From assembly GCF_000354175.2 (NCBI RefSeq), contig NC_022359.1:870001-902000 (forward strand): 32,000 nucleotides of DNA, written 5' to 3'. Shown piece after piece: positions 1 through 7,466 of this stretch. Under the pieces are notes generated by a model, which saw only the letters and a program-made list of their open reading frames with translations, searched no databases and was not told the DNA's origin. The DNA is from Vibrio alginolyticus NBRC 15630 = ATCC 17749 (GTDB lineage Bacteria > Pseudomonadota > Gammaproteobacteria > Enterobacterales > Vibrionaceae). Both the position numbers and the translations under genes were made by a program. Position 1 is the stretch's first letter. Every line of letters begins with the position of its first letter.

Positions 1-383
1 ACCAAGTAGGGCTATCGGCATCACCTTGTGCAAGACGCATTAAGCGTTTGGAGCAGGAAGGTGTAATAAGTGGTTATCGAGCTATTGTGTCCAGAGACAC
101 TGTAGGCATCGCGATGACTGTATTTGTTGAAGTGAGTTTAAATAACCACCAAGCTTCTTCGATTGATGAGTTTGAACATGCCGTTGTTGAGATGGATGAA
201 GTGATCTCATGCCATGTCGTATCAGGGGCCTATGATTACCTGTTAGAGGTGGTCAGTAAAGATCTCGCTGGTTATGAAACATTTACTAGAAAGTTACAGC
301 GATTAGAAAATGTGAAAGATATTCATACCCACCTGGCGATTAGACAAGTGAAAGGAAATGGCAGTTTGCCGATTTATGCATAA
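1..383 (+). CDS. Lrp/AsnC-family transcriptional regulator, 5'-truncated by the window edge (codon frame of position 3)
   Basis: The frame stays open to the window start. It reads ..QVGLSASPCARRIKRLEQEGVISGYRA.., the end of an AsnC-type HTH, followed by a RAM-like C-terminal half (VFVEVSL...CHVVSGAYDYLLEVVSKDL..YE.F). The TTG at 48 in the ORF track is not the real start. Confidence 0.85.
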   Translation, partial: QVGLSASPCARRIKRLEQEGVISGYRAIVSRDTVGIAMTVFVEVSLNNHQASSIDEFEHAVVEMDEVISCHVVSGAYDYLLEVVSKDLAGYETFTRKLQRLENVKDIHTHLAIRQVKGNGSLPIYA

Positions 384-388
384 GAAAG

Positions 389-1012
389 ATGAAATTTTTC
401 GATAGACTTAAGATTGCCCACTATCATCGAAAGCGATATAGACAGTTTGGTAAAGACAGAGCCCGAACTCTGGGATGGGCAGATAAGTATAGTCAGATCA
501 GCCGTTTTGAGGCGTTGTGTCGAGGGTTAACGTTAGACGGTTCAAGTATTTTAGATATTGGGTGCGGCTACGGAGACTTGTTAGCGTTTATCGAACTTAC
601 GGGGGGGCTTCCTCAAAGCTATATTGGCATTGATCAGCAAAAACAATTTATCTCTGAAGCCAGAAAACGAGATTTTCGTACGCAAAGTAAGTTTATATGT
701 GGCGACTTTTCAACGTTGGTATTGCCTCGTTGCGATTTTGTTTTTGCTTCCGGATCATTGAACTATCAATCCACCAACCCAAATCATGCCATTGAAATGA
801 TTGATAAAATGTTCCGAGCGACAGAGAAAGGTTGTGTGTTTAACTTGTTGGATGAATCCAAACTACCCAGCATGAAAATGTTAGCGTCGCACAATAAAGA
901 AGGTGTCTTTCGCTATTGTCGGTTGCTGTGTCCGAATACACGATTGATTGAGGGGTACTCCGAGCACGACTTTACGATTGCCATGATCAAAAAAGCGGAG
1001 TCCGTTTCCTGA
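389..1012 (+). CDS. Class I SAM-dependent methyltransferase
   Basis: 207 aa with the SAM-binding motif I ILDIGCGYGDL and a downstream acidic/aromatic pattern typical of the Rossmann methyltransferase fold. It lies 5 nt after the regulator's stop. Confidence 0.75.
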   Translation: MKFFDRLKIAHYHRKRYRQFGKDRARTLGWADKYSQISRFEALCRGLTLDGSSILDIGCGYGDLLAFIELTGGLPQSYIGIDQQKQFISEARKRDFRTQSKFICGDFSTLVLPRCDFVFASGSLNYQSTNPNHAIEMIDKMFRATEKGCVFNLLDESKLPSMKMLASHNKEGVFRYCRLLCPNTRLIEGYSEHDFTIAMIKKAESVS

Positions 1013-1018
1013 CTCCGC
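995..1018. terminator. Bidirectional rho-independent terminator (overlaps the methyltransferase stop codon)
   Basis: GCGGAGTC-cgtttcct-GACTCCGC is a perfect 8-bp stem, flanked by an A-run (989-994) and TTTA. It sits between convergent ORFs. Confidence 0.7.
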
Positions 1019-1036
1019 TTTATAAATTCTTAAGCC

Positions 1037-1291
1037 TTATTGGTTTTTGTATTGTGAGATTTCACAGTTACCTGTGTATCTATCAACCTTGAATGAGAAC
1101 GCGGCTGAATGGTATTCCCTCCCATCACTCCATATTGTTTCTCCGAAGATTTTACACAGATCCAAATCACTGATTGAACCGAACTCTTTTACGTGCCTAA
1201 CTACTGACAAAAACTTGGCTTTGGTAGCATTAGGACATTCCCTGTTACTTAATCGATTGATAACCATGTTTGTAGCATCATCTCCAGCCAA
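1037..1291 (-). CDS. Hypothetical small protein, possibly HTH-like; start uncertain (TTG at 1291 or ATG at 1267)
   Basis: 84-aa ORF with a charged, protein-like composition (..KAKFLSVVRHVKEFGSISDLDLCKIFGET..). It ends just upstream of the bidirectional terminator. The competing plus-strand ORF 1047-1325 looks less protein-like. I recognise no family. Confidence 0.35.
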   Translation of the reverse strand: MAGDDATNMVINRLSNRECPNATKAKFLSVVRHVKEFGSISDLDLCKIFGETIWSDGREYHSAAFSFKVDRYTGNCEISQYKNQ

Positions 1292-1538
1292 ATGTGACTT
1301 TTTATTAAATTTTATTAATGGCTAAACTAACCAAAAAATGTCCATAAGTAAAGCATTAATGTGACGTATGTCTCTATAAATTGATTGTCTTGGTCATGGT
1401 TTAGTCAAGTTTGTCAAAGGGAACAATCCCATTATTTACATTTGATATCATTCACGACTAAGGAAAGATAAAAAGCACGAATAACGTCCAATATTGGAGT
1501 GAAAAACCAACATCGTCTATTCAAAACTGGCTCTGTTT

Positions 1539-2087
1539 TTACTTCGAAACATCTTGAGCGTATTGAAGCGCTCGAGCTTCTTTATCATAGACTTGTGACA
1601 GAGTTTGATATTGTGAAGAGAGGCGCTTGTAATCTTCAGCAAGTTCCAAAGCGTTGGTGTTATACCATTCCGCAGTTATTTGATTGGCTGTTTTGTTTGA
1701 CTCGCGGCACTTCTGGGCCAGTATCTCCCACCCATTTGCTGACCATTGGGATTGTGTGCTCAATTTAAGCAGCTGATTCGCTTTAGTTGTGAGCTCTTCT
1801 TTGTATTGAATCGATGCTTTTAATTGCGCTTTGAACACATTTTGGTTCGACTTGGCACGCCAAAGTAGCACGAGCTCATGCAGTGAAAAGGTTTCGGACA
1901 ATAACTGACGCTGTTTATGTTCGGTCAAAAGTGTATTGAATACCTCAACATGCTGATTGTAATTGGACTCTAAACGATTGAATTGGGTAAGATTGTCATT
2001 CCACGACGATGGGTTACATTGAATATTGGCGTGCCCCGTTATCGGGAACAGAAGAAATAGTAGTATCCAATTGAGTCTGTTGATCAT
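1539..2087 (-). CDS. Hypothetical secreted or periplasmic protein, helical and Gln/Asn-rich
   Basis: 182 aa with an N-terminal signal peptide (MINRLNWILLFLLFPITGHA|N). The remainder has heptad-like, coiled-coil-like composition. I recognise no family. Confidence 0.6.
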   Translation of the reverse strand: MINRLNWILLFLLFPITGHANIQCNPSSWNDNLTQFNRLESNYNQHVEVFNTLLTEHKQRQLLSETFSLHELVLLWRAKSNQNVFKAQLKASIQYKEELTTKANQLLKLSTQSQWSANGWEILAQKCRESNKTANQITAEWYNTNALELAEDYKRLSSQYQTLSQVYDKEARALQYAQDVSK

Positions 2088-2190
2088 TATTGCTCGCGTT
2101 AGTTGACCTGCTCTTTTGAGTATATACCCAAATTTCTACGACATGCGTGCTGCTGGTGGGATAAGAATAAAGAATGAAAAGGAAAAGGGC

Positions 2191-2859
2191 ATGAAGAAAA
2201 TTCTCGTCGCATTGATTGTCATGCTGTTGCTCGGCGGAGCGGGGGCTGGATACTATTTCTTCTTTATGCAGAAAGATGAACCTGAAGCACCAAAGGCTAC
2301 ACAAGTCGAGCAATCGTCACTGCAAAAAGAAACATCCAAACCGATTCTGGATTTAGAAGTCGCTCCCCCGGAAGTTACCGAGTACTACGTTATTGAGCGT
2401 CGTGTCAATGTTTACAACAAGCCTAACCTTAATGCTTTAGTTGTCGATACGCTCTATAAGGGAGAAAAAGTATCGGTGTTAGAAAAAGTAGATGGGTGGT
2501 ACCGAATCTCCGGTTATCTTGTCTATGAAGAGGGTGGAGAAGAAAAAGCCGAATGGTTGAATGCTGAAGGGTTATCGGATGCAGAGCCAGTTATTAAAGA
2601 GCAAGAGCGCTTAGAGATATTGGATGAATACCTACAGAAGTCGGATGATTTAAAAGTTCACTTGGATATTTTCCGTAAGAAAACACAGCAATTGTTAGAC
2701 GATGAAACCTGTGATCCGAGTGATTTTGAGGAGCTCGGTGGTTGGGTGCGTTCTGTGACGTTCAAAAAGCGCAACGTTTACTTCATCTATTGTGGCGGTT
2801 TGGAGCAAGAGAATAAGATCTACTTAGATGTTGATAAGGGCGAGATTTTTTATCGATAG
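2191..2859 (+). CDS. Membrane-anchored protein with a bacterial SH3-like domain
   Basis: I place the start at the internal ATG 2191 (MKKILVALIVMLLLGGAGAGYYFFF, a TM anchor) preceded by AAGGAAAAGGG. The segment YVIERRVNVYNKPN..VVDTLYKGEKVSVLEKVDGWYRISGY matches the SH3b pattern. The 2116 start in the ORF track is probably an over-extension. Confidence 0.65.
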   Translation: MKKILVALIVMLLLGGAGAGYYFFFMQKDEPEAPKATQVEQSSLQKETSKPILDLEVAPPEVTEYYVIERRVNVYNKPNLNALVVDTLYKGEKVSVLEKVDGWYRISGYLVYEEGGEEKAEWLNAEGLSDAEPVIKEQERLEILDEYLQKSDDLKVHLDIFRKKTQQLLDDETCDPSDFEELGGWVRSVTFKKRNVYFIYCGGLEQENKIYLDVDKGEIFYR

Positions 2860-2984
2860 CTCACCACTAATTACACTCGTTCTCTAAAGACGTTTTGATA
2901 AAAGCAATAACGATGCAAACCTGAAATCAGAGATTTATAACTTTTTAGTTGTGAACCATAATCAATAGGAATACTATCATTAAG

Positions 2985-3016
2985 CCAAGTGACCTAACTT
3001 GGTTCTTTGTTTTTTT
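2985..3016 (+). terminator. Weak terminator-like hairpin plus T-tract immediately 5' of vemP
   Basis: CCAAGT-gaccta-ACTTGG (6-bp stem) followed by TTCTTTGTTTTTTT. It ends 11 nt before the vemP ATG. Confidence 0.35.
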
Positions 3017-3027
3017 AGTGAGTTCCT

Positions 3028-3507
3028 ATGCCTTGGATTTACCTTAGAAAATTGATTTTGCTGCTATTTGCAATGGTATTGCTACCAGTGCATGTATCTG
3101 CTGCGCAAATCGATCACAAGGCTCACGTACCGCACTTTTCTAAGCTACAACCTTTTGTAGCCGTAAGTGTATCGCCAAACTCTTCCGTCGATTTTTCTGA
3201 AGCTTCAGAAGAAAGCTCTCAATCTCCAGTATCTGAAGGCCATGCAAGTCTCGATTCCGTTGCTTTGTTTAACTCTCAGCGCTGGACGTCTTACTTACGG
3301 GAAGGGCTTGATGACGAGCACGTAGATTTTGTCGGCGATCTCACTACTCCGTTTTACGCTGATGCGGGTTACGCATACAGCTTGATGGACATTAACTGGC
3401 GTCACAACCAGTCCACATTTTATCATTTCACAAGCGATCATCGCATTTCTGGTTGGAAAGAGACCAATGCCATGTACGTCGCACTCAATAGTCAGTTTTC
3501 TGCCTAA
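3028..3507 (+). CDS. vemP: VemP, the secretion-monitoring translation-arrest leader peptide of the secDF2 operon
   Basis: 159 aa with a Sec signal peptide (..LLPVHVSA|AQ). The C-terminus reads FTSDHRISGWKETNAMYVALNSQFSA, which I recognise as the VemP arrest motif (H138-Q156, stall at Q156). It sits directly upstream of, and co-oriented with, secD-secF. Confidence 0.9.
   Translation: MPWIYLRKLILLLFAMVLLPVHVSAAQIDHKAHVPHFSKLQPFVAVSVSPNSSVDFSEASEESSQSPVSEGHASLDSVALFNSQRWTSYLREGLDDEHVDFVGDLTTPFYADAGYAYSLMDINWRHNQSTFYHFTSDHRISGWKETNAMYVALNSQFSA
3439..3495 (+). promoter_or_regulatory. Codons for the ribosome-arrest motif HRISGWKETNAMYVALNSQ (residues 138-156; Gln156 codon at 3493-3495)
   Basis: Direct translation of 3439-3495. 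The residue numbering matches the reported arrest point, three codons before the stop. Confidence 0.85.
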
Positions 3508-3640
3508 ACACCATTTATTTGCACCATTGTGCACTCTTAACACGACGATTGTATTCGACAGGACGTGAGCGTTCTGAGCATTTCATACCTTGAATTTATT
3601 CTGGGAGCACCTGTCGTGTGTTAAGCCTTGTTATTAAAAG

Positions 3641-3658
3641 CTTCACTTCATCGTGAAG
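3641..3658 (+). promoter_or_regulatory. Hairpin occluding the Shine-Dalgarno sequence of secD
   Basis: CTTCAC-ttcatc-GTGAAG. The 3' arm contains 4 of the 6 nt of the only SD-like element (GAAGGG, 3655-3660) ahead of the secD ATG at 3672. Confidence 0.55.
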
Positions 3659-3671
3659 GGATGATGTTTAC

Positions 3672-5510
3672 ATGAAAAAAACACCAAAGCAGCAAAAGAA
3701 CAGAAAGCTGATGAATCACTACTCAGCTTGGAAATATGTAGTATTAATCACGACGGTCATTATTTTAACCCTAAGTGCTATACCAACTTGGTTTGGCGAA
3801 CAGCCTTCTATCCAGTTGACGTTTTCGGAGCAAAACAACAGTGAAATGTCGGTTGTTCATCTGAATCAACTGCTAAAAACCAACCATATTTCAGCCGACA
3901 AAATCATCGAAAAAGACGGCAAAACAACCATTGTATTCGATGGTGAAGATGCGCAAAGTAAAGCTCGTGCGTTGTTAAACAAAGAGCTAAATAAAGACGA
4001 CAGCATCACTTTCTCATACGTATCGGTTGCGCCAGAATGGTTAAATGAGATGGGCTTTAGCCCAATTAAGCTCGGTCTTGACCTTCGTGGTGGCGTTCAG
4101 TTCTTGTTGAATGTTGATGTGAATAAAGCGTTTGAAGAACAACGTGATGCGTTGATTGATGAAATCAAAGCGAATCTGCGTGATCAACGTGTTCGTGGTG
4201 TGCAAGTTCGAGCAGAGAACGGCAACCGAATTACGGTAAACAGTGACAGCGAGCAAGCATTGTCGGAAGTGAACAAGTTCTTGCGTCAAAATTACCCGGG
4301 CTGGATTTCAAAAAGTTCATCTCGTGGCTTTGTGCTTGAACCGAGTGAACAAAATATCCAAGAATTTCAATCGTCGACTCTTCAACAAAACCTGAAGATC
4401 ATGCGTGGTCGTATTGAAGAACTTGGTATCACAGAAGCACTAGTGCAACGCCAAGGTAAAGAGAGCATTCGAATTGAGCTCCCTGGTGTACAAGATCCTG
4501 CTCAAGCGAAAAACGTTATTGGTGCAACAGCAAGCTTGGCGTTTTATGAAGTGAAAGATGCGAGCCAAGCACACAGCAGCCAAGATCTTGTTCTTCAAGA
4601 TAATGATGGTCGTACTGTGATTTTGGCAAAACGACCAGTTCTAACGGGCGAGCACATCGTGAACGCTCGTGCTGGTGTCGACAAAATGGGCATGTCAGAG
4701 GTAAATATTTCTCTTGACCACGCTGGTGGTAAGAAAATGAGTGACTTCTCAGCAACTCACATCGGCAAGCCAATGGCGACCGTTTACCGAGAGTACAAAA
4801 CAAACGATCGCGGTGTAACTGAGCGTAGTGAGCGCGTTATCAGCGTCGCAACTATTCAATCTCAACTTGGTAGCCAGTTCCGTATTACTGGGGCAGGTAG
4901 CATGGACGATGCGCAGCAGTTGGCGCTATTGCTTCGCGCGGGGTCACTGACCGCGCCAGTTACTATTGTGGAAGAGCGAACAATCGGTGCTTCTCTGGGT
5001 GCAGAAAACATTGAAAACGGTTTTGCAGCACTGGCTTTAGGTATGGGACTAACACTGACCTTTATGGCACTTTGGTACCGCCGCTTAGGTTGGGTAGCAA
5101 ATGTGGCGCTTTGTGCCAACATGCTTTGTTTACTTGGCTTAATCGCCTTGTTACCAGGAGCGGTTCTAACGCTTCCAGGTATTGCCGGTTTAGTGTTAAC
5201 CGTCGGTATGGCAGTAGACACCAACGTTATTATCTTTGAACGTATTAAGGACAAAATGCGTGAAGGCCGCAGCTTCGCTCAAGCGATTGATCTTGGCTTT
5301 GACAGCGCATTCTCGACCATCCTTGATGCCAACATTACTACCATGATCACCGCCGTGATTTTGTACGCCATCGGTAATGGCCCAATCCAAGGCTTTGCCT
5401 TAACACTCGGATTAGGTTTGTTAACCAGTATGTTTACAGGCGTATTTGCCTCTCGAGCAATGATCAATTTAATTTGGGGCCGCGATGCCCGTCGTGATGT
5501 GAGGGTTTAA
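3672..5510 (+). CDS. secD: Protein translocase subunit SecD (second paralogue, SecD2)
   Basis: 612 aa with an N-terminal TM, a large periplasmic domain containing the LDLRGGV motif, and a C-terminal 5-TM bundle. An alternative start at ATG 3711 (MNHYSAWKY..) aligns better with the E. coli SecD N-terminus. Confidence 0.93.
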   Translation: MKKTPKQQKNRKLMNHYSAWKYVVLITTVIILTLSAIPTWFGEQPSIQLTFSEQNNSEMSVVHLNQLLKTNHISADKIIEKDGKTTIVFDGEDAQSKARALLNKELNKDDSITFSYVSVAPEWLNEMGFSPIKLGLDLRGGVQFLLNVDVNKAFEEQRDALIDEIKANLRDQRVRGVQVRAENGNRITVNSDSEQALSEVNKFLRQNYPGWISKSSSRGFVLEPSEQNIQEFQSSTLQQNLKIMRGRIEELGITEALVQRQGKESIRIELPGVQDPAQAKNVIGATASLAFYEVKDASQAHSSQDLVLQDNDGRTVILAKRPVLTGEHIVNARAGVDKMGMSEVNISLDHAGGKKMSDFSATHIGKPMATVYREYKTNDRGVTERSERVISVATIQSQLGSQFRITGAGSMDDAQQLALLLRAGSLTAPVTIVEERTIGASLGAENIENGFAALALGMGLTLTFMALWYRRLGWVANVALCANMLCLLGLIALLPGAVLTLPGIAGLVLTVGMAVDTNVIIFERIKDKMREGRSFAQAIDLGFDSAFSTILDANITTMITAVILYAIGNGPIQGFALTLGLGLLTSMFTGVFASRAMINLIWGRDARRDVRV

Positions 5511-5512
5511 TC

Positions 5513-6415
5513 ATGGTCGAAATGCTAAAACAAAATATTCGTAAAATTCGCTACTTTACTACGCTAGTTTCCATCATTTTAACGGTGATCGCGATCGTCG
5601 CTCTAGGCTTTAAAGGGTTGAACCTAGGTTTGGACTTCACTGGCGGTATGGTGACAGAAGTAAAGGTAGATAAGCAGCTAACTAACCATGATCTGCTTGA
5701 CGTTCTGCAACCAAAGCTTGGTGAATCTGCGTCAGTGACACGCTCTGGTGAAGATGGCCGTTGGGTGATTCGTTACTCTGCGCCGGAAGATGGACAAACG
5801 TTGCCAAGTGTAGAAGAGGTGTTGAAGCCAATCTCTCACCAAGTTGATGTTGTCAGCAACAGTATAGTTGGCGCTCAAGTTGGCCAAGACTTGTTTGAAC
5901 AAGGTGGCTTAGCATTGTTGATTTGTGTGTTGAGTATTCTCGGTTACTTGTGTTTCCGTTTTGAGTGGCGTTTGGCAAGCGGTTCACTGTTTGCTTTGGC
6001 TCATGATGTGATCTTAGTGCTTGGTTTCTTTGCAATTACTCAAATGGAGTTCAACTTAACCGTTTTTGCTGCTGTGCTGGCGATTTTAGGTTACTCATTG
6101 AATGACTCGATCATCATTGCAGACCGAATCCGTGAGCTGTTGATTGCGAAACAGAGTTGGAAAACAGAAGACATCAATGATCAAGCTGTTATCGCGACGT
6201 TTTCACGCACTATGGTGACATCTGGTACGACATTGATCACTGTTGGTGCATTATGGATTATGGGAGGAGCGCCTTTGGCTGGTTTCTCAACCGCCATGTT
6301 TATTGGCGTTCTGTCGGGTACATGGTCTTCGATTTCGATTGGTACTGTGCTGCCGGAGTGGTTGAAACTGGAGCCGAAACATTATCTTCCAGTTGAGATT
6401 GACGCAGCGCCGTAG
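5513..6415 (+). CDS. secF: Protein translocase subunit SecF (SecF2)
   Basis: 300 aa starting 2 nt after the secD stop, with SD GAGGG 7 nt upstream. It has typical SecF TM topology and the conserved LNDSIIIADRIRE segment. Confidence 0.93.
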   Translation: MVEMLKQNIRKIRYFTTLVSIILTVIAIVALGFKGLNLGLDFTGGMVTEVKVDKQLTNHDLLDVLQPKLGESASVTRSGEDGRWVIRYSAPEDGQTLPSVEEVLKPISHQVDVVSNSIVGAQVGQDLFEQGGLALLICVLSILGYLCFRFEWRLASGSLFALAHDVILVLGFFAITQMEFNLTVFAAVLAILGYSLNDSIIIADRIRELLIAKQSWKTEDINDQAVIATFSRTMVTSGTTLITVGALWIMGGAPLAGFSTAMFIGVLSGTWSSISIGTVLPEWLKLEPKHYLPVEIDAAP

Positions 6416-6440
6416 CATTATTTTTAAGGTAAAAGTGCTT

Positions 6441-6469
6441 GCGCCACTCATCTTGAGTGGCGCTTTTTT
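6441..6469. terminator. Bidirectional rho-independent terminator (secF and the 88-aa ORF)
   Basis: GCGCCACTC-atctt-GAGTGGCGC (9-bp stem) followed by TTTTTT, with an A-rich 5' flank. Confidence 0.85.
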
Positions 6470-6473
6470 GTGC

Positions 6474-6740
6474 TTATTTCACGCGCATCAAGCGATGTTT
6501 CACAAGTCCCAAATCGAACTCTAAGACTTGTGAGCGCTTCATTGCTTCGACTTTATTCAACATCGACTCTTGGTAGCCTTTCTTCTTCATCCACTGAAGA
6601 GGTACAGAGAAAGTATCTTCATTAACGACATAAGACTCGCCTTTATGCTCACCGCTATAGACGTTCACAACCCAAACTCGGGCTTGAAAGTCCAATACTT
6701 CACCCATGACTTTAGCGATTTTATTCAGAATATTTTTCAT
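6474..6740 (-). CDS. Hypothetical 88-aa protein
   Basis: This ORF starts 15 nt downstream of the LysE-family gene on the same strand and ends at the bidirectional terminator. It has a balanced composition. I recognise no family. Confidence 0.5.
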   Translation of the reverse strand: MKNILNKIAKVMGEVLDFQARVWVVNVYSGEHKGESYVVNEDTFSVPLQWMKKKGYQESMLNKVEAMKRSQVLEFDLGLVKHRLMRVK

Positions 6741-6755
6741 TGTTTCCAGTTTGCC

Positions 6756-7376
6756 TTAGCTTAGTAGCAACCAGACACCAACTCCCATCATTAAAGTGCC
6801 TGCGATACGGTTCATTAGGCGTACATTCTTAGACTGACCTAATACGTGTTTCAACCCTTTACCACCAGTAGCGTACAGAGACATGCAAATGAACTCAAAC
6901 AGTAAAATAATGGAGACAAGTATGATCAGTTGCGGTGCAAGTGCTGCGTTTTGGTCTATAAAAGGCGGTAAAAGAGAAATCATAAATGCCCAGCCTTTTG
7001 GGTTTGCGATTGCGGTAACGAAGCCTTGCATGATAAGTGCGATATTGTCACTCTTTGGTGTTTCTAAGTTGTCGACATTAATCGCAAGTTTCCCTCGCGA
7101 CCGCCACATTTCAACTCCAAGATAGAGTAAATAACCGCCACCAATGAACTTTAACGCGATAAACATCCAAGGATAATTGAGCATAATCGCAGCGATACCT
7201 AACACCGCAGAGACTGACACCAGCGCGACACCGAGAAGTTCTCCTATCATCATCCATAACGTGCGACGATAACCGATACTCATACCTAACGTTAGGGCGA
7301 GAGTCATGCACATACCAGGCGTGATTGAGACAAAAAAGAAAGTAGGGATGAACATACTGAGCAATGCAAGATTCAT
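6756..7376 (-). CDS. LysE/RhtB-family amino-acid exporter
   Basis: I choose the start at ATG 7376 (MNLALLSMFIPTFFFVSITPGMCMTLAL..), which gives about 206 aa, typical of the family. It has six hydrophobic segments and family-like motifs (ITPGP-like N-terminus, NPKGW). The 236-aa form in the ORF track is probably over-extended. Confidence 0.85.
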   Translation of the reverse strand: MNLALLSMFIPTFFFVSITPGMCMTLALTLGMSIGYRRTLWMMIGELLGVALVSVSAVLGIAAIMLNYPWMFIALKFIGGGYLLYLGVEMWRSRGKLAINVDNLETPKSDNIALIMQGFVTAIANPKGWAFMISLLPPFIDQNAALAPQLIILVSIILLFEFICMSLYATGGKGLKHVLGQSKNVRLMNRIAGTLMMGVGVWLLLS

Positions 7377-7466
7377 ATCTGTTGATGATTTAGTGATTAA
7401 AGAGAAGCCACAAAGATAGTGCAAAGTGGAAAAGGATGCTACTACAAAGCGAGCGATTACTTTCAC

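Noticed and set aside
1047-1325. A 92-aa plus-strand ORF overlapping the 84-aa minus-strand ORF.
   Set aside because: It would begin after the bidirectional terminator with no SD. Its composition (Leu/Ser-rich with few charges) looks less protein-like than the minus-strand frame. Neither frame is certain.
4041-5467. Minus-strand ORFs (62-130 aa) inside secD, and the 164-aa minus-strand ORF at 25663-26157 inside the RND pump gene.
   Set aside because: They lie antisense to well-supported membrane-protein genes. Open antisense frames of this kind are common opposite long, codon-biased genes. They lack start-site signals.
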